64,000 nt of DNA from Phycisphaeraceae bacterium. Lineage in GTDB: Bacteria > Planctomycetota > Phycisphaerae > Phycisphaerales > Phycisphaeraceae. Where the stretch lies: the NCBI GenBank assembly GCA_963674705.1, contig OY771506.1, positions 640,001 to 704,000 on the forward strand. The letters are read 5' to 3'. Within the stretch, counting starts at the first letter, position 1. Each line of letters starts with the position of its first letter. A program made the translations under genes and the position numbers. Below, piece after piece: positions 10,563-19,980 of this stretch. The notes below the pieces were generated by a model. It worked only from the letters and a program-made list of their open reading frames with translations, was not told the origin of the DNA and did no database searches.

Positions 10563-11165
10563 ATGTTTAAGACACCTTCGTTTGTGCTGGCCGCTGCCGT
10601 TGCCACGCTGGGCGCTGCATCTGCTTCGCAGGCCACCGTGGTCATCGAAGACTTCAATAACTACACCACCGGCGGCAACGGCGCTGCATTCGCCAACTTC
10701 TCAACCGTCATCACCGCCGGCGCAGATGATTGGACCGTGGATGTGGTCGACGGCGGCTTCGGCCTCCACTTCGACGACACCGGCAACTACCCGGACGGGA
10801 TCGACATCAGTGGCGAACCCATCCTCGAAATCGACTTTGCCATCAACTCTGGTGGCATCTACGGCACGACCGTGATCGTGGTGCTGGAAGATGTTAATGG
10901 CCTTCAGAGCGTGTATGACATGGGTGTCCTGTTAGGCAACTTCGCGGCGGGCTTCGATGGCACCGCCAGTGTGCCGCTGACCCTGCCCGCAGGGTTCGCC
11001 ACAACCGGTCTGGCCTACTTCCATGTGCAGGCCAACAGCTTCGATGACACGTATCCATACCCGTACAGCGTGACGTTCAAAGAGCTGCGCGTAACGCCCG
11101 AACCGGCCTCGATCGCACTGATCGGCAGCGGCCTGGGCCTGCTGGCGCTGCGTCGCCGCGGATGA
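10563..11165 (+). CDS. Secreted PEP-CTERM protein, paralog of the 7873 N-terminal domain
   Basis: Signal peptide, TPEPASIALIGSGLGLLALRRRG tail, motif pattern shared with the 7873 product. Confidence 0.85.
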   Translation: MFKTPSFVLAAAVATLGAASASQATVVIEDFNNYTTGGNGAAFANFSTVITAGADDWTVDVVDGGFGLHFDDTGNYPDGIDISGEPILEIDFAINSGGIYGTTVIVVLEDVNGLQSVYDMGVLLGNFAAGFDGTASVPLTLPAGFATTGLAYFHVQANSFDDTYPYPYSVTFKELRVTPEPASIALIGSGLGLLALRRRG

Positions 11166-11217
11166 GATTAACCCGATTCAGCTTTCAGGCATCCGGGTTA
11201 TAACGATGACCCATTTA

Positions 11218-11250
11218 AGCCACGGCCGAGCAATTGGCCGTGGTTTTTTT
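11218..11250 (+). terminator. Intrinsic terminator
   Basis: AGCCACGGCCGA-GCAA-TTGGCCGTGGTT followed by a T run, after the PEP-CTERM gene. Confidence 0.8.
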
Positions 11251-11332
11251 GTGGATACATGAGATCCGCAACTGAGTCCGTTCCGTGCAGCTGACGATCT
11301 GAGGATTAATTTGAATTTTTCCAGATGGAGTA

Positions 11333-11375
11333 TTGACAGAGCCGATGAATAGGTTACTATAGCACTAGTGCTACA
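11333..11375 (+). promoter_or_regulatory. Promoter with palindromic operator, copy 3
   Basis: TTGACA(11333)-16 nt-TACTAT; TATAGCA-CTAG-TGCTACA at 11358-11375. Confidence 0.7.
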
Positions 11376-11471
11376 TTAACTATCGCATATCATGGCTGTA
11401 TGAACCCAATGATCGGGCAAACCAGCCAGCACGTGCGACCCCGGCCCAGAGGCCGACTTGGAGGTACTCGC

Positions 11472-12341
11472 ATGACCCGTCACCGGTTTAATGCATTCAC
11501 ACTGATCGAGCTGCTGGTCGTGATCTCCATCATCGCCCTGCTCGTGGGCATCCTTTTGCCGGCCCTGGGCGCCGCCCGGATCAGCGCCAAAAAACTGCAA
11601 AGCAACACGCAACTGCGCGGCATGCACCAGGCTTTTGTCACGCACGCCCAAGGCAACAAAGGCTGGTACACCGCCTATGACGCCGGCAAAAATCAGTGGA
11701 TGTCGCTCAGCCGCGGCTACGACATGATTGTCGATCCAAGTCCGGCACACGGCTGGGGGCAGGTAGGCAACTTCCCGGAGGCCCGCTTCTCCGAGTTGGT
11801 CAGGCTGAACCTGGTTACCAGCGCGTACCTGATCCATCCTTCTGAAGCCGATCCTAAAGACGCCTGGACCGGCACGAACAATGAAGAGTTCACCGTTGAG
11901 AACTATTCGTATGCGTTAAACGAACTGGGCTACAACGAAGGGCCGTACGCGATGGACGGAACGCCCAAGTACCAGGAAGCGCTGAAGGAGTGGCAGGAAA
12001 CCATGAACTCACGCGCACCGGTTGTGTGCGATCGTTTGTTCCGCCTGCGGGGCAACCATTACGAACACGAAAACTACCAAGGGATGTACTCCGGCAAGCT
12101 CGGACAGATCTCGGTCGGCCTGGCTTTCAATGACAACCACGTCGAACGCAGCGAATCGCCCATCTTCGAAAACATCAAGATCGGTGAAATCAATAACACC
12201 AGCGACAACGTCTTCTCGCGAGGCCACGACAGCTACCCGGGCAACGACAACGTTCAAACCGGACCGATTATTGATGCAGGCCAGAGCTCATCGGCCCACA
12301 TGGTGCACTGGGGCTGGGCATCTTATAACAACCTTGATTAA
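11472..12341 (+). CDS. Prepilin-type N-terminal cleavage/methylation domain protein (DUF1559-like)
   Basis: [37 protein letters not shown]; degenerate C-terminal LAFNDNHVE motif. Confidence 0.88.
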   Translation: MTRHRFNAFTLIELLVVISIIALLVGILLPALGAARISAKKLQSNTQLRGMHQAFVTHAQGNKGWYTAYDAGKNQWMSLSRGYDMIVDPSPAHGWGQVGNFPEARFSELVRLNLVTSAYLIHPSEADPKDAWTGTNNEEFTVENYSYALNELGYNEGPYAMDGTPKYQEALKEWQETMNSRAPVVCDRLFRLRGNHYEHENYQGMYSGKLGQISVGLAFNDNHVERSESPIFENIKIGEINNTSDNVFSRGHDSYPGNDNVQTGPIIDAGQSSSAHMVHWGWASYNNLD

Positions 12342-12389
12342 ATAAACAGACGCCCCTTGTAGTCCGGATCACATCCAAGCTGACAAAAG

Positions 12390-12419
12390 AAAAAGCCCCT
12401 CAACAGCGAGGGGTTTTTT
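12390..12419. terminator. Bidirectional intrinsic terminator
   Basis: A run-GCCCCTC-loop-GAGGGGT-T run between convergent genes. Confidence 0.75.
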
Positions 12420-12446
12420 ACTGTATTTACAGGTGTTTTAGATCGA

Positions 12447-13571
12447 TTACTTGATCGTCGCGCTGCGCCGCGTGCTTTTACGCATCTGCACGGGCTTAGG
12501 TGGCTGGCGCACGGCCGCAATTGATTCACCCTCGAACAGCACGGGATCGTCCGGCTCAAGAAGCAGTTCGCCCTGCCAGTTGCCGGCGTTTTCGGCAAAA
12601 GCGTCGAAGACGCGCGACATCAATGGCGCGATGTCGGGCATGTCCAGGCCGGACAGCGAAGGGCAGAGGTATCGGCCGTTGACGATATTGATCGCGCCGA
12701 TGGAAAGGTCGCGTCCGACGTTAACGCCCTGCTCGTAGCAGGCGCGCATCGTCGCGATCGCTGCGGGCTGACTGGCGCACATGACCAGGCTGGGACCCGT
12801 GTTGGCGTTCCATGTCCGAAGCAGACGCTTGGCCAAGCGATAAGCGTACGGCGTCGGGTCGGTGTATGGCGGAGCAGGCTCGTCCCAAATCTTGCTTTCC
12901 ACGCCACGACGCGTGGACCATTCCTGCCACTGCTCGACCCGGCGGTCGATTTCTTCGTTGTGCCCCTGGCTGTTGAGAAAGTCGATGTGCCGATGCCCGA
13001 GTCGGTAGGCATATTCAAAAAGTTGTTCGATATGCGCCGATGGGTAAAGGCGGATCGACGGGATGCCGTGATGCACCATTTCGCCGTCGAAGACGACAAG
13101 CTTGCCGTGGCACTCGGCGAAACGTTCGAGGACGTGCGGCGGTACGGTTTCGGTGCTGGGGATCAGCAAAACGCCATCGGCGCCGGAAAGCGCATCCCAG
13201 ACGATCGGATCGTCCCAGTGCACGTATTGCACCGGGCGGATCGAGACATCGCACTGGTTGGCAACTTCGGTCACCGCCAGGCGGCATTGATTCAGGTGAT
13301 CGGATGGATAGGCGGGATAGAGGAAAACGACATCCAACCGGCTCTTGCTACGGCGATAGGATGGATCGACGTAGAGCTTGCCGTTCTCTGCCCGGGCAAG
13401 CATGCCCTCCTTGATCATGGCGAGTACGGCCTTACGCGCGGTCATGTAACTCACGCCTGTGTCGGCGGCGAGCTTTCGCTCACCCGGCAGGTCGTTAAGC
13501 AGGTAGTCGCCGGCCTCGATCCGACGCCAGATAATGTCCATGACATCGTGATATTTGGTATTTGGTGGCAT
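12447..13571 (-). CDS. GntR-type wHTH plus LacI-type sugar-binding domain transcriptional regulator
   Basis: LPGERKLAADTGVSYMTARKA HTH; LGHRHI and VGRDLSIGAI periplasmic-binding-fold motifs. Confidence 0.88.
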   Translation of the reverse strand: MPPNTKYHDVMDIIWRRIEAGDYLLNDLPGERKLAADTGVSYMTARKAVLAMIKEGMLARAENGKLYVDPSYRRSKSRLDVVFLYPAYPSDHLNQCRLAVTEVANQCDVSIRPVQYVHWDDPIVWDALSGADGVLLIPSTETVPPHVLERFAECHGKLVVFDGEMVHHGIPSIRLYPSAHIEQLFEYAYRLGHRHIDFLNSQGHNEEIDRRVEQWQEWSTRRGVESKIWDEPAPPYTDPTPYAYRLAKRLLRTWNANTGPSLVMCASQPAAIATMRACYEQGVNVGRDLSIGAINIVNGRYLCPSLSGLDMPDIAPLMSRVFDAFAENAGNWQGELLLEPDDPVLFEGESIAAVRQPPKPVQMRKSTRRSATIK

Positions 13572-13614
13572 GTGAAACAGCCTGGTAACAAACGACGCGC
13601 GATAATATTGATAC

Positions 13615-13632
13615 TATATCACATAAGCTATA
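13615..13632. promoter_or_regulatory. Palindromic operator, copy 4 (upstream of the regulator)
   Basis: TATATCA-CATA-AGCTATA, 2 mismatches to TATAGCA-N4-TGCTATA. Confidence 0.6.
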
Positions 13633-13720
13633 ATTTGTCGAGAATTTAGGATAATCTGCCCCTGTTTACCTCCATCTGAGCGAAATAAAGACCTCCAGTA
13701 TTCCGTTTCCGCTCTTGTGT

Positions 13721-13738
13721 TAGAGCATTTTTGCTATA
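13721..13738. promoter_or_regulatory. Palindromic operator, copy 5 (upstream of GH71-GH65-pgmB)
   Basis: TAGAGCA-TTTT-TGCTATA, 1 mismatch; extra half-site TATAGCA at 13759. Confidence 0.65.
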
Positions 13739-13791
13739 GAATAGATCTGTAGCTTTAGTATAGCACGCGAGGGCCGGATTGTCCCCGATTC

Positions 13792-15660
13792 TTGCCAAGG
13801 ATAAGGCCCGGGTTTATCCCTACGGGGTCATTCACGCCCCAAGCACTTGGAGACGGCACCATCAACGCGAAATGCACCCAGACAACTCGCACCGGATCTT
13901 GCCGGAAACTAACCGGCGGGTATCTGCATCGCCTGGTCTGCGTGATTGCGTGCGTGCTGGTCTGCTTAGGCTGTGCGGGAGCGGGCCATGCTGAGGTGGA
14001 CCCGGGCTTCACGCTACCCGAGCCGAACCGCGCGGAACTGTCAAAGCCGATCGCGGATAAGAAACTGGTGATCGCGCATTACATGACCGGGATGATCCCG
14101 ACGCCGGAGGGCGAGACCGGCCATTGGATGTCGCCGGACCTTTACGACCCACAAGGCAGCACCGCGAAACTTGGTGGGATATTCCAGACGCTGCCCGTGC
14201 CGATGCTGTTGTATCCCGATCTGCTTCCGATGAAGAAAGCGGCGTTATTAGAGATGCGGACCGCGAAAACGCTGGGCGTGGACGGGTTCAACTTCTACTA
14301 CCCGTTCGGGCCTGACGATGCGTTCCGCGACCGGTACGACCGATTTATCCTCAGCTTCTTTGAAGCGGCGAAGGAGAACAATCTCGACTTCAAACTCACG
14401 CTCTGCATCTCGCCGATCGGCGGTAGCGATATGACCACCGAGCAGAAGGCTCGCACGCTGGGTGAACACTTGCGTGGATTACTGGAAAAGACCGGCAACA
14501 GTGATAACTGGCTGCGTACGCCGGATGGCAAGCTGCTGATCTATACCTGGCTTGCCGATGCGATCGTCAATGAAGACCTCGATGGCAAGCAGTGGGAGAT
14601 CTACCAAAACCAGCATCTATTACAGAAGGCGGCGGCGGTGTTCGACAAGATCGCAGAACATGCGGGAACCGAAGCGGTGTTCCTCTACCATCTCGATCAG
14701 CCGAACGATCCGAAGTTCGTTGAGAAAGTGCTGGATTACTTCCCGGCAGTGTACGGCTGGTGCGGCGTCGGTGAAGATTTGAAAGTCTGGCGGCGTGTGG
14801 CCGAGCAATGCAAAGCACGCGGCCGCACGTACATCCAGGAAGTGCATCCGGCGTTCTATGGCTCGAAGGTCCACCCGGTCGATAGCTGGGCGATGATTTT
14901 CGACCACCAACGCGCGGTCGAGATGGGTGTGGATCAGCTTGAGCGACACATCCAGATCACGGGCTTAACGCAGACGTTCTGCGATAAATTACAGATGGCG
15001 ATCGATCTGGATTCGCCTTTGATCAACCTGACGACATGGAACGACTATCCGGAGGGCCATCACCTGGCACCGGAGATCAATCACAACTTCGGTTTCGCGC
15101 TGCTGCTGAAGCATTACCTTGAAGCGTGGCGTGGTAGCAATGAAGCACTGCCAGGCGATACGGTAATCGTGTTCTTCAAGAAGTACCGGGCCGATGTGAA
15201 GCCCGATCCTTATGGCATCAAGGTGCGTGTGATGCGTGCGATCGGCGAACCCGAGGTCGAAGACGGGATTGAAGTGATCACGCTGCTGAGTGAGCCGGGC
15301 AAGTTATATGTCAACGATCACGAGCCGTGCGATGTGTCTGCGGGCATGACGATAACGCGCTACGGGATGGAGCTAGGCGCGGTGACGGCTGTCGTGAAAC
15401 GCAACGGCCAAGCGGTTGCTTCACTGACGACGCCCGAGTGGATCACCGAGCATCCGTTCCGTACCGATCGACTGACGTACAGCTTTTCAAGCGCGTTCAC
15501 ACACTACTACGAATTGATTTACGGCAAAGATGCACCGAAGCACACCTCGATGCAGTACGCGGAGGACGAACAGGGTCGTCCGCGGTGGCAAAGCGGCGTG
15601 CAGACCGAGTATCACCTTGCCGTTACGGGTAAACGCCCAAATGAGTTGTTGGAGAATTGA
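13792..15660 (+). CDS. Secreted GH71-like endo-alpha-1,3-glucanase family protein (start uncertain)
   Basis: KKLVIAHYMTG, AKTLGVDGF, TTWNDYPEGHHLAP; signal-like segment ending AGHA. Confidence 0.75.
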   Translation: MPRIRPGFIPTGSFTPQALGDGTINAKCTQTTRTGSCRKLTGGYLHRLVCVIACVLVCLGCAGAGHAEVDPGFTLPEPNRAELSKPIADKKLVIAHYMTGMIPTPEGETGHWMSPDLYDPQGSTAKLGGIFQTLPVPMLLYPDLLPMKKAALLEMRTAKTLGVDGFNFYYPFGPDDAFRDRYDRFILSFFEAAKENNLDFKLTLCISPIGGSDMTTEQKARTLGEHLRGLLEKTGNSDNWLRTPDGKLLIYTWLADAIVNEDLDGKQWEIYQNQHLLQKAAAVFDKIAEHAGTEAVFLYHLDQPNDPKFVEKVLDYFPAVYGWCGVGEDLKVWRRVAEQCKARGRTYIQEVHPAFYGSKVHPVDSWAMIFDHQRAVEMGVDQLERHIQITGLTQTFCDKLQMAIDLDSPLINLTTWNDYPEGHHLAPEINHNFGFALLLKHYLEAWRGSNEALPGDTVIVFFKKYRADVKPDPYGIKVRVMRAIGEPEVEDGIEVITLLSEPGKLYVNDHEPCDVSAGMTITRYGMELGAVTAVVKRNGQAVASLTTPEWITEHPFRTDRLTYSFSSAFTHYYELIYGKDAPKHTSMQYAEDEQGRPRWQSGVQTEYHLAVTGKRPNELLEN

Positions 15661-15663
15661 AGT

Positions 15664-18000
15664 ATGAAGTCCGCCATAAATAATCAGCCGTGGTACACGC
15701 AGGGAGACCCGTGGGTCCTGACGCAGGACGGCTGGAACCCTGACCGTAATATCTATTTTGAGACGATCTTTACGCAGTCCAACGGCTACATAGGGATCCG
15801 CGGTTATACCGAGGAAAGCAACACGGTTGCCGACACGGTGCGAGAGGGTTATCTGGCGGGTGTGTTCGGGCACACGGATCAGGCGGCGTTGAAACTGACG
15901 CGTGTCAAATACAAGTGGCCCATGCAGGCGATGATCACGTTGCCCGAATTGTTTGCTTGCCGGGTCAAGCTTGACGGCGAAGTACTGGACTTATCGAAAG
16001 GTGACATTGTTTCGTTTACGCGCTCGTTGAATATGCGCAATGGCGAACTGGTGCGAGAGCTGATCTGGAACAGCCCGAAGGGTAAGTGCACGCAACTGCG
16101 TTTCGAGCGATTCCTGTCGATGGCGACACCGCACCTTGCGATGCAGCGCATCCGTATCACGCCACAGAACTGGTCGGGCAACGCGAGCCTCAAGTTTGAA
16201 CTGGATGGTGGTATCACGACCTACTTCCGCTGCGGCGATCGCGAACTGCCACATGTCCCGCAGGACCTGCTGACACAGCAACGCATCGAATGTGATAACG
16301 AACGGTGTGCCACACTCATATTCAAGACGCGCGGCAGCGATCACCTGGTCGCGATCACTTCACGGGTTGATGCGGATACATACTCAACCATCGCACAAAG
16401 CGCGAATGTGCTGCGTCAGAAGGCGAAGCTCGAACTGCATGAAGGCCAAGCCGAAATCGTAACACATACATTGGCCGTGGTCAGCTCAAGAGACGACATC
16501 GAACGAGCGAGTGTGCCCACAAAGTCGAAACAGGTCGTATCCGACGCGGCGGAGGCAGGCTACGACAAAGCCCTGCACGATTCGCAGCGCGTCTGGCAGA
16601 AGCTCTGGAAAGTCAGCGATGTACAGATAGAAGGACCGACGCAGGACCAGGCGTATCTGCGGTTCAGCACGTTCAGCATGCTGCAGATGGCGCCGCTGCA
16701 TACCGACAACATGAGCGTGCCTGCGCGTGCGTACTCTTACAACCGATATCACGGCCTGTACTACTGGGACAGTGAAACCTTCCTGCTGCCGCAGTATCTG
16801 CACACGTGCCCGAAACTCGCACGCAACCTGCTCGTCTTCCGCCATCGCACGCTCGAAGGTGCAAAGCGTACAGCCGCGTATCTTGATTCACCCGGCGCAT
16901 GTTTCCCGTGGATGACCGATTCGGATACGGGCACAGAGCAAGGCCCGTGGCACATCGGCGATTACCTCTGGCATCAGAACGCAGACATCGCCTACGCGAT
17001 CGATCAATACGTCCGCACGACGGGTGACAGCGCGTTCATGTGTGACTACGGCCTGGAGATGATCCTCGAATCCGCACGCTTCTGGATGTCGCGTCTGGAA
17101 GTCGATGATGAAGGTGCCTACCACCTGCACAACACCGTCGGCCCGGACGAGATTGAGAAGCACGGCAAGGACAACGGCTTCGGCAGCTACATGTGTCGAC
17201 GTCACCTGCGCCTCGCGGCCAAGTGGATCGACGAGATGCGCAGACAATATCCAAGGCAGACCGAAGACCTGCTGCAGCGGCTGGAAGTTCGACCGACAGA
17301 GGTTGCCAACTGGACCGAAGCGGCCGACAGGATGTGCGCCCCGATGATCCCGGGCACGCAGGTCCCGCTTCAGGATGAGTTCCTGCTGGATAAAAAACCG
17401 CTCGACTTCTCAAAGATGTCCACCAACGAAGCATACGAATTGCGGCACACACATCGTGTGGTGAAGCAATCCGATATCGTGATGTTGATGTATCTGCTTC
17501 AAGATGAATTCACGCTGGAGCAGAAGCGCGATGCGTACGACTTCTACGAACCGATTACGGTTCACTTCTCGTCATTGAGTTACAACACGCATTCGATCGT
17601 CGCGACGATGCTTGGGCGAAAGAAGCAGGCGTACGACTACTTCATGAAGGCGGCTGGGCTGGACCTCGACGATCTGAAAGATGCAACCGAAGATGGCCTG
17701 CACGCAGCAGCGCTCGGCGGGACGTGGCAGACGGTGATGTACGGCTTCCTCGGTATGAAGCTGGCGGACGAAGGCCTGTCGCTTGAACCGCGCCTGCCGG
17801 ATGAATGGAAGTCGATCAGGCTCCGGCTGGTGTTCCGTGGTTACACGCTTCGGCTTGATGTGTCGCACGATCGTCACACGATCGAAGTGGAATCGCGCGA
17901 AGGCGAGGCTCAGGGCACCCTGACGCTCAACGGCGAACAACACGAACTGACTGAGGGTTTACGTATCACGACCGCACCCGGCGGCGTGGCGATCCCATAG
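15664..18000 (+). CDS. GH65 alpha-glucoside phosphorylase/hydrolase
   Basis: ETIFTQSNGYIGIRG, YHGLYYWDSE, GPDE catalytic Glu, VVKQSD, HFSSLS, DGLHAAALGGTW. Confidence 0.93.
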   Translation: MKSAINNQPWYTQGDPWVLTQDGWNPDRNIYFETIFTQSNGYIGIRGYTEESNTVADTVREGYLAGVFGHTDQAALKLTRVKYKWPMQAMITLPELFACRVKLDGEVLDLSKGDIVSFTRSLNMRNGELVRELIWNSPKGKCTQLRFERFLSMATPHLAMQRIRITPQNWSGNASLKFELDGGITTYFRCGDRELPHVPQDLLTQQRIECDNERCATLIFKTRGSDHLVAITSRVDADTYSTIAQSANVLRQKAKLELHEGQAEIVTHTLAVVSSRDDIERASVPTKSKQVVSDAAEAGYDKALHDSQRVWQKLWKVSDVQIEGPTQDQAYLRFSTFSMLQMAPLHTDNMSVPARAYSYNRYHGLYYWDSETFLLPQYLHTCPKLARNLLVFRHRTLEGAKRTAAYLDSPGACFPWMTDSDTGTEQGPWHIGDYLWHQNADIAYAIDQYVRTTGDSAFMCDYGLEMILESARFWMSRLEVDDEGAYHLHNTVGPDEIEKHGKDNGFGSYMCRRHLRLAAKWIDEMRRQYPRQTEDLLQRLEVRPTEVANWTEAADRMCAPMIPGTQVPLQDEFLLDKKPLDFSKMSTNEAYELRHTHRVVKQSDIVMLMYLLQDEFTLEQKRDAYDFYEPITVHFSSLSYNTHSIVATMLGRKKQAYDYFMKAAGLDLDDLKDATEDGLHAAALGGTWQTVMYGFLGMKLADEGLSLEPRLPDEWKSIRLRLVFRGYTLRLDVSHDRHTIEVESREGEAQGTLTLNGEQHELTEGLRITTAPGGVAIP

Positions 18001-18024
18001 TCCAATAGCTGGAAGGAACAATCT

Positions 18025-18693
18025 GTGTCTGCCGTACAAGCCGTGATCTTCGATCTCGACGGGGTTATCGTTTCGACCGACGAGTACCATTACCAAGCCT
18101 GGAAACAGCTTGCTGATGAGGAAGGTATCCCATTCGACCGCAAGGACAACGAGCGTCTGCGCGGCGTCAGCCGGATGGAATCGTTGGCGATCATTCTCGA
18201 AAAAGCGGCGCGTGAATACAGCGACAAACAAAAGCTTGAATTGGCGGAGCGGAAGAACGGCTACTATCGGCAATTGCTTACCAAGCTGACACCCGCCGAT
18301 ATCCTGCCGGGCGTGATGCGTGTATTGGATGAATTGCGTACTCGCAATATCCGCATGGCGATCGGTTCGTCCAGTAAAAACGCGCAGCCCATCCTCAAAG
18401 CGATCGGGTTGGATAATGCGTTTGATGTGATCGTCGACGGCACACACATCAAGCGATCCAAACCCGATCCGGAAGTGTTCTCGCTGGGCGCTCAGCGCAT
18501 GGGTATCGAGCCACAGCATTGTCTAGTTGTGGAAGATGCCGATGCCGGCGTTGATGCGGCGATTGCAGCGGACATGTTCGTACTCGCGGTCGGGTCGGCA
18601 CAGTCGCATCCCGGCGCAACGATCGCAGCGCAGGACCTTGAAGCGATTAGCGTGGACCAAATGCTTAACGTTGAAGCCTTGTCAGCCAAGTGA
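18025..18693 (+). CDS. pgmB: Beta-phosphoglucomutase
   Basis: FDLDGVIVSTDEYHYQAW, RLRGVSRMESL, SSSKNA, KPDPEVF, VVEDA; directly after GH65. Confidence 0.92.
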   Translation: MSAVQAVIFDLDGVIVSTDEYHYQAWKQLADEEGIPFDRKDNERLRGVSRMESLAIILEKAAREYSDKQKLELAERKNGYYRQLLTKLTPADILPGVMRVLDELRTRNIRMAIGSSSKNAQPILKAIGLDNAFDVIVDGTHIKRSKPDPEVFSLGAQRMGIEPQHCLVVEDADAGVDAAIAADMFVLAVGSAQSHPGATIAAQDLEAISVDQMLNVEALSAK

Positions 18694-18713
18694 TTACGTG
18701 CAAGTCGAACACG

Positions 18714-19916
18714 TTAATGGCTACCGTTGTTCGTTCCGAAGACACGGTCCCAGCGTTTGAGGTTCCACTGTACCTTTTCGGCAGGCGTCATGGATTCAAA
18801 GTCCGGCTCGCTATTACTCGATGCACTTCTCGCTGATGCGACAGCGGCAGGTTTAACGCTCTGCGGCTTCGGCGCTGGCTTACCCGCCCCACCGCTGTAG
18901 TTGGCTTCACGTAATGTTGAGCCCAGGTCTTCTTCAAGCGAGCGATAAGGTTTGATGCCAAGCCCCTGAAGTGCGCCGTGGTAGGACTTCACTGCTTCGG
19001 CGGGCTCGAGCTGGCCATCGGCAATAGCGCGCAGGTGTTTGATGAACGTGAGCTGGTGTTCGCTCTGATTAATCATTCGGCCATACAGCGCGACACGTGC
19101 GCCGTATTTGCGAGCTTCCCAGAGCTGGAAGAATGCATCAAAGGTCGTGCCCGCCGATCCACCGAGGATGCCAACGACGAGTTTACTGTCGAAGGATGAC
19201 AGTTCATCCATTGCACGTGCGCCCATATAAGGGATCTTCAAGAAGAGTGGCCGTTGCTTGCCGGCTATCCCCGCGAGGGTTCGTACGATCATGTCGTTTA
19301 GGTATCGGCCAAGGTCCGGGATCGGTTTGCTTGGCGCGTTGGGCGCGAATACTTCCAGGAAGTGACGGAAACTCTTGGCTTCGGCTTCCTGTCGGAACTT
19401 GCCATAAGCTTCAAGCGTGCGCGTATCCGCATCGACCTCGTTGTTGAAGGTGACGGAATACAAGCCGAGGTCTGCACCGACGACCGGCTCATCCGGATCG
19501 CACACCGACTTGCCGCACATCGCAAAATCCAGCGCCGCGGTACGGAACGGGACGGACTTTTCTTCGGAGTACTTACCGGTTCCGGCAAGCCAGATATCAG
19601 TTGTGTCGTTGGCGCGGATGGCTGGCGTGACGTGGCTGTTAGCGAACAAACCCTCCTGGATCGCAAGCACCTCGTTTGTGCTGGCACTCATGAGCATGAT
19701 GTCGACAAGGCCTTGCCTCGTGTTCTCGCGGATGATCTTGCGGTACTCATCCAGGCTGCGGAACTTCGCTTCGGATGCGTGATGTTCCGGGCTCTTGCCG
19801 GGTGCGGAGATCCCAAACGCCATATCCGCATCCTTGGCGTCGGCGATAATGAACACTTCGGCTGAAGGGTTCTCAGCCAGTTGACGCAGTTTGGTATCAA
19901 GTGATTTGGTGGACAT
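18714..19916 (-). CDS. Conserved hypothetical protein, probable class I aldolase-like TIM barrel
   Basis: PLFLKIPY, VVGILGG and GARVALYGRMI resemble the Schiff-base Lys and phosphate-binding strands of DhnA/LacD-type aldolases. Confidence 0.55.
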   Translation of the reverse strand: MSTKSLDTKLRQLAENPSAEVFIIADAKDADMAFGISAPGKSPEHHASEAKFRSLDEYRKIIRENTRQGLVDIMLMSASTNEVLAIQEGLFANSHVTPAIRANDTTDIWLAGTGKYSEEKSVPFRTAALDFAMCGKSVCDPDEPVVGADLGLYSVTFNNEVDADTRTLEAYGKFRQEAEAKSFRHFLEVFAPNAPSKPIPDLGRYLNDMIVRTLAGIAGKQRPLFLKIPYMGARAMDELSSFDSKLVVGILGGSAGTTFDAFFQLWEARKYGARVALYGRMINQSEHQLTFIKHLRAIADGQLEPAEAVKSYHGALQGLGIKPYRSLEEDLGSTLREANYSGGAGKPAPKPQSVKPAAVASARSASSNSEPDFESMTPAEKVQWNLKRWDRVFGTNNGSH

Positions 19917-19980
19917 TGTTTGATGCCTGGTGGCTAGTGTCTTGTGGCTGGATAAAAAAGCTAACGGCTAATGGCCTGCC

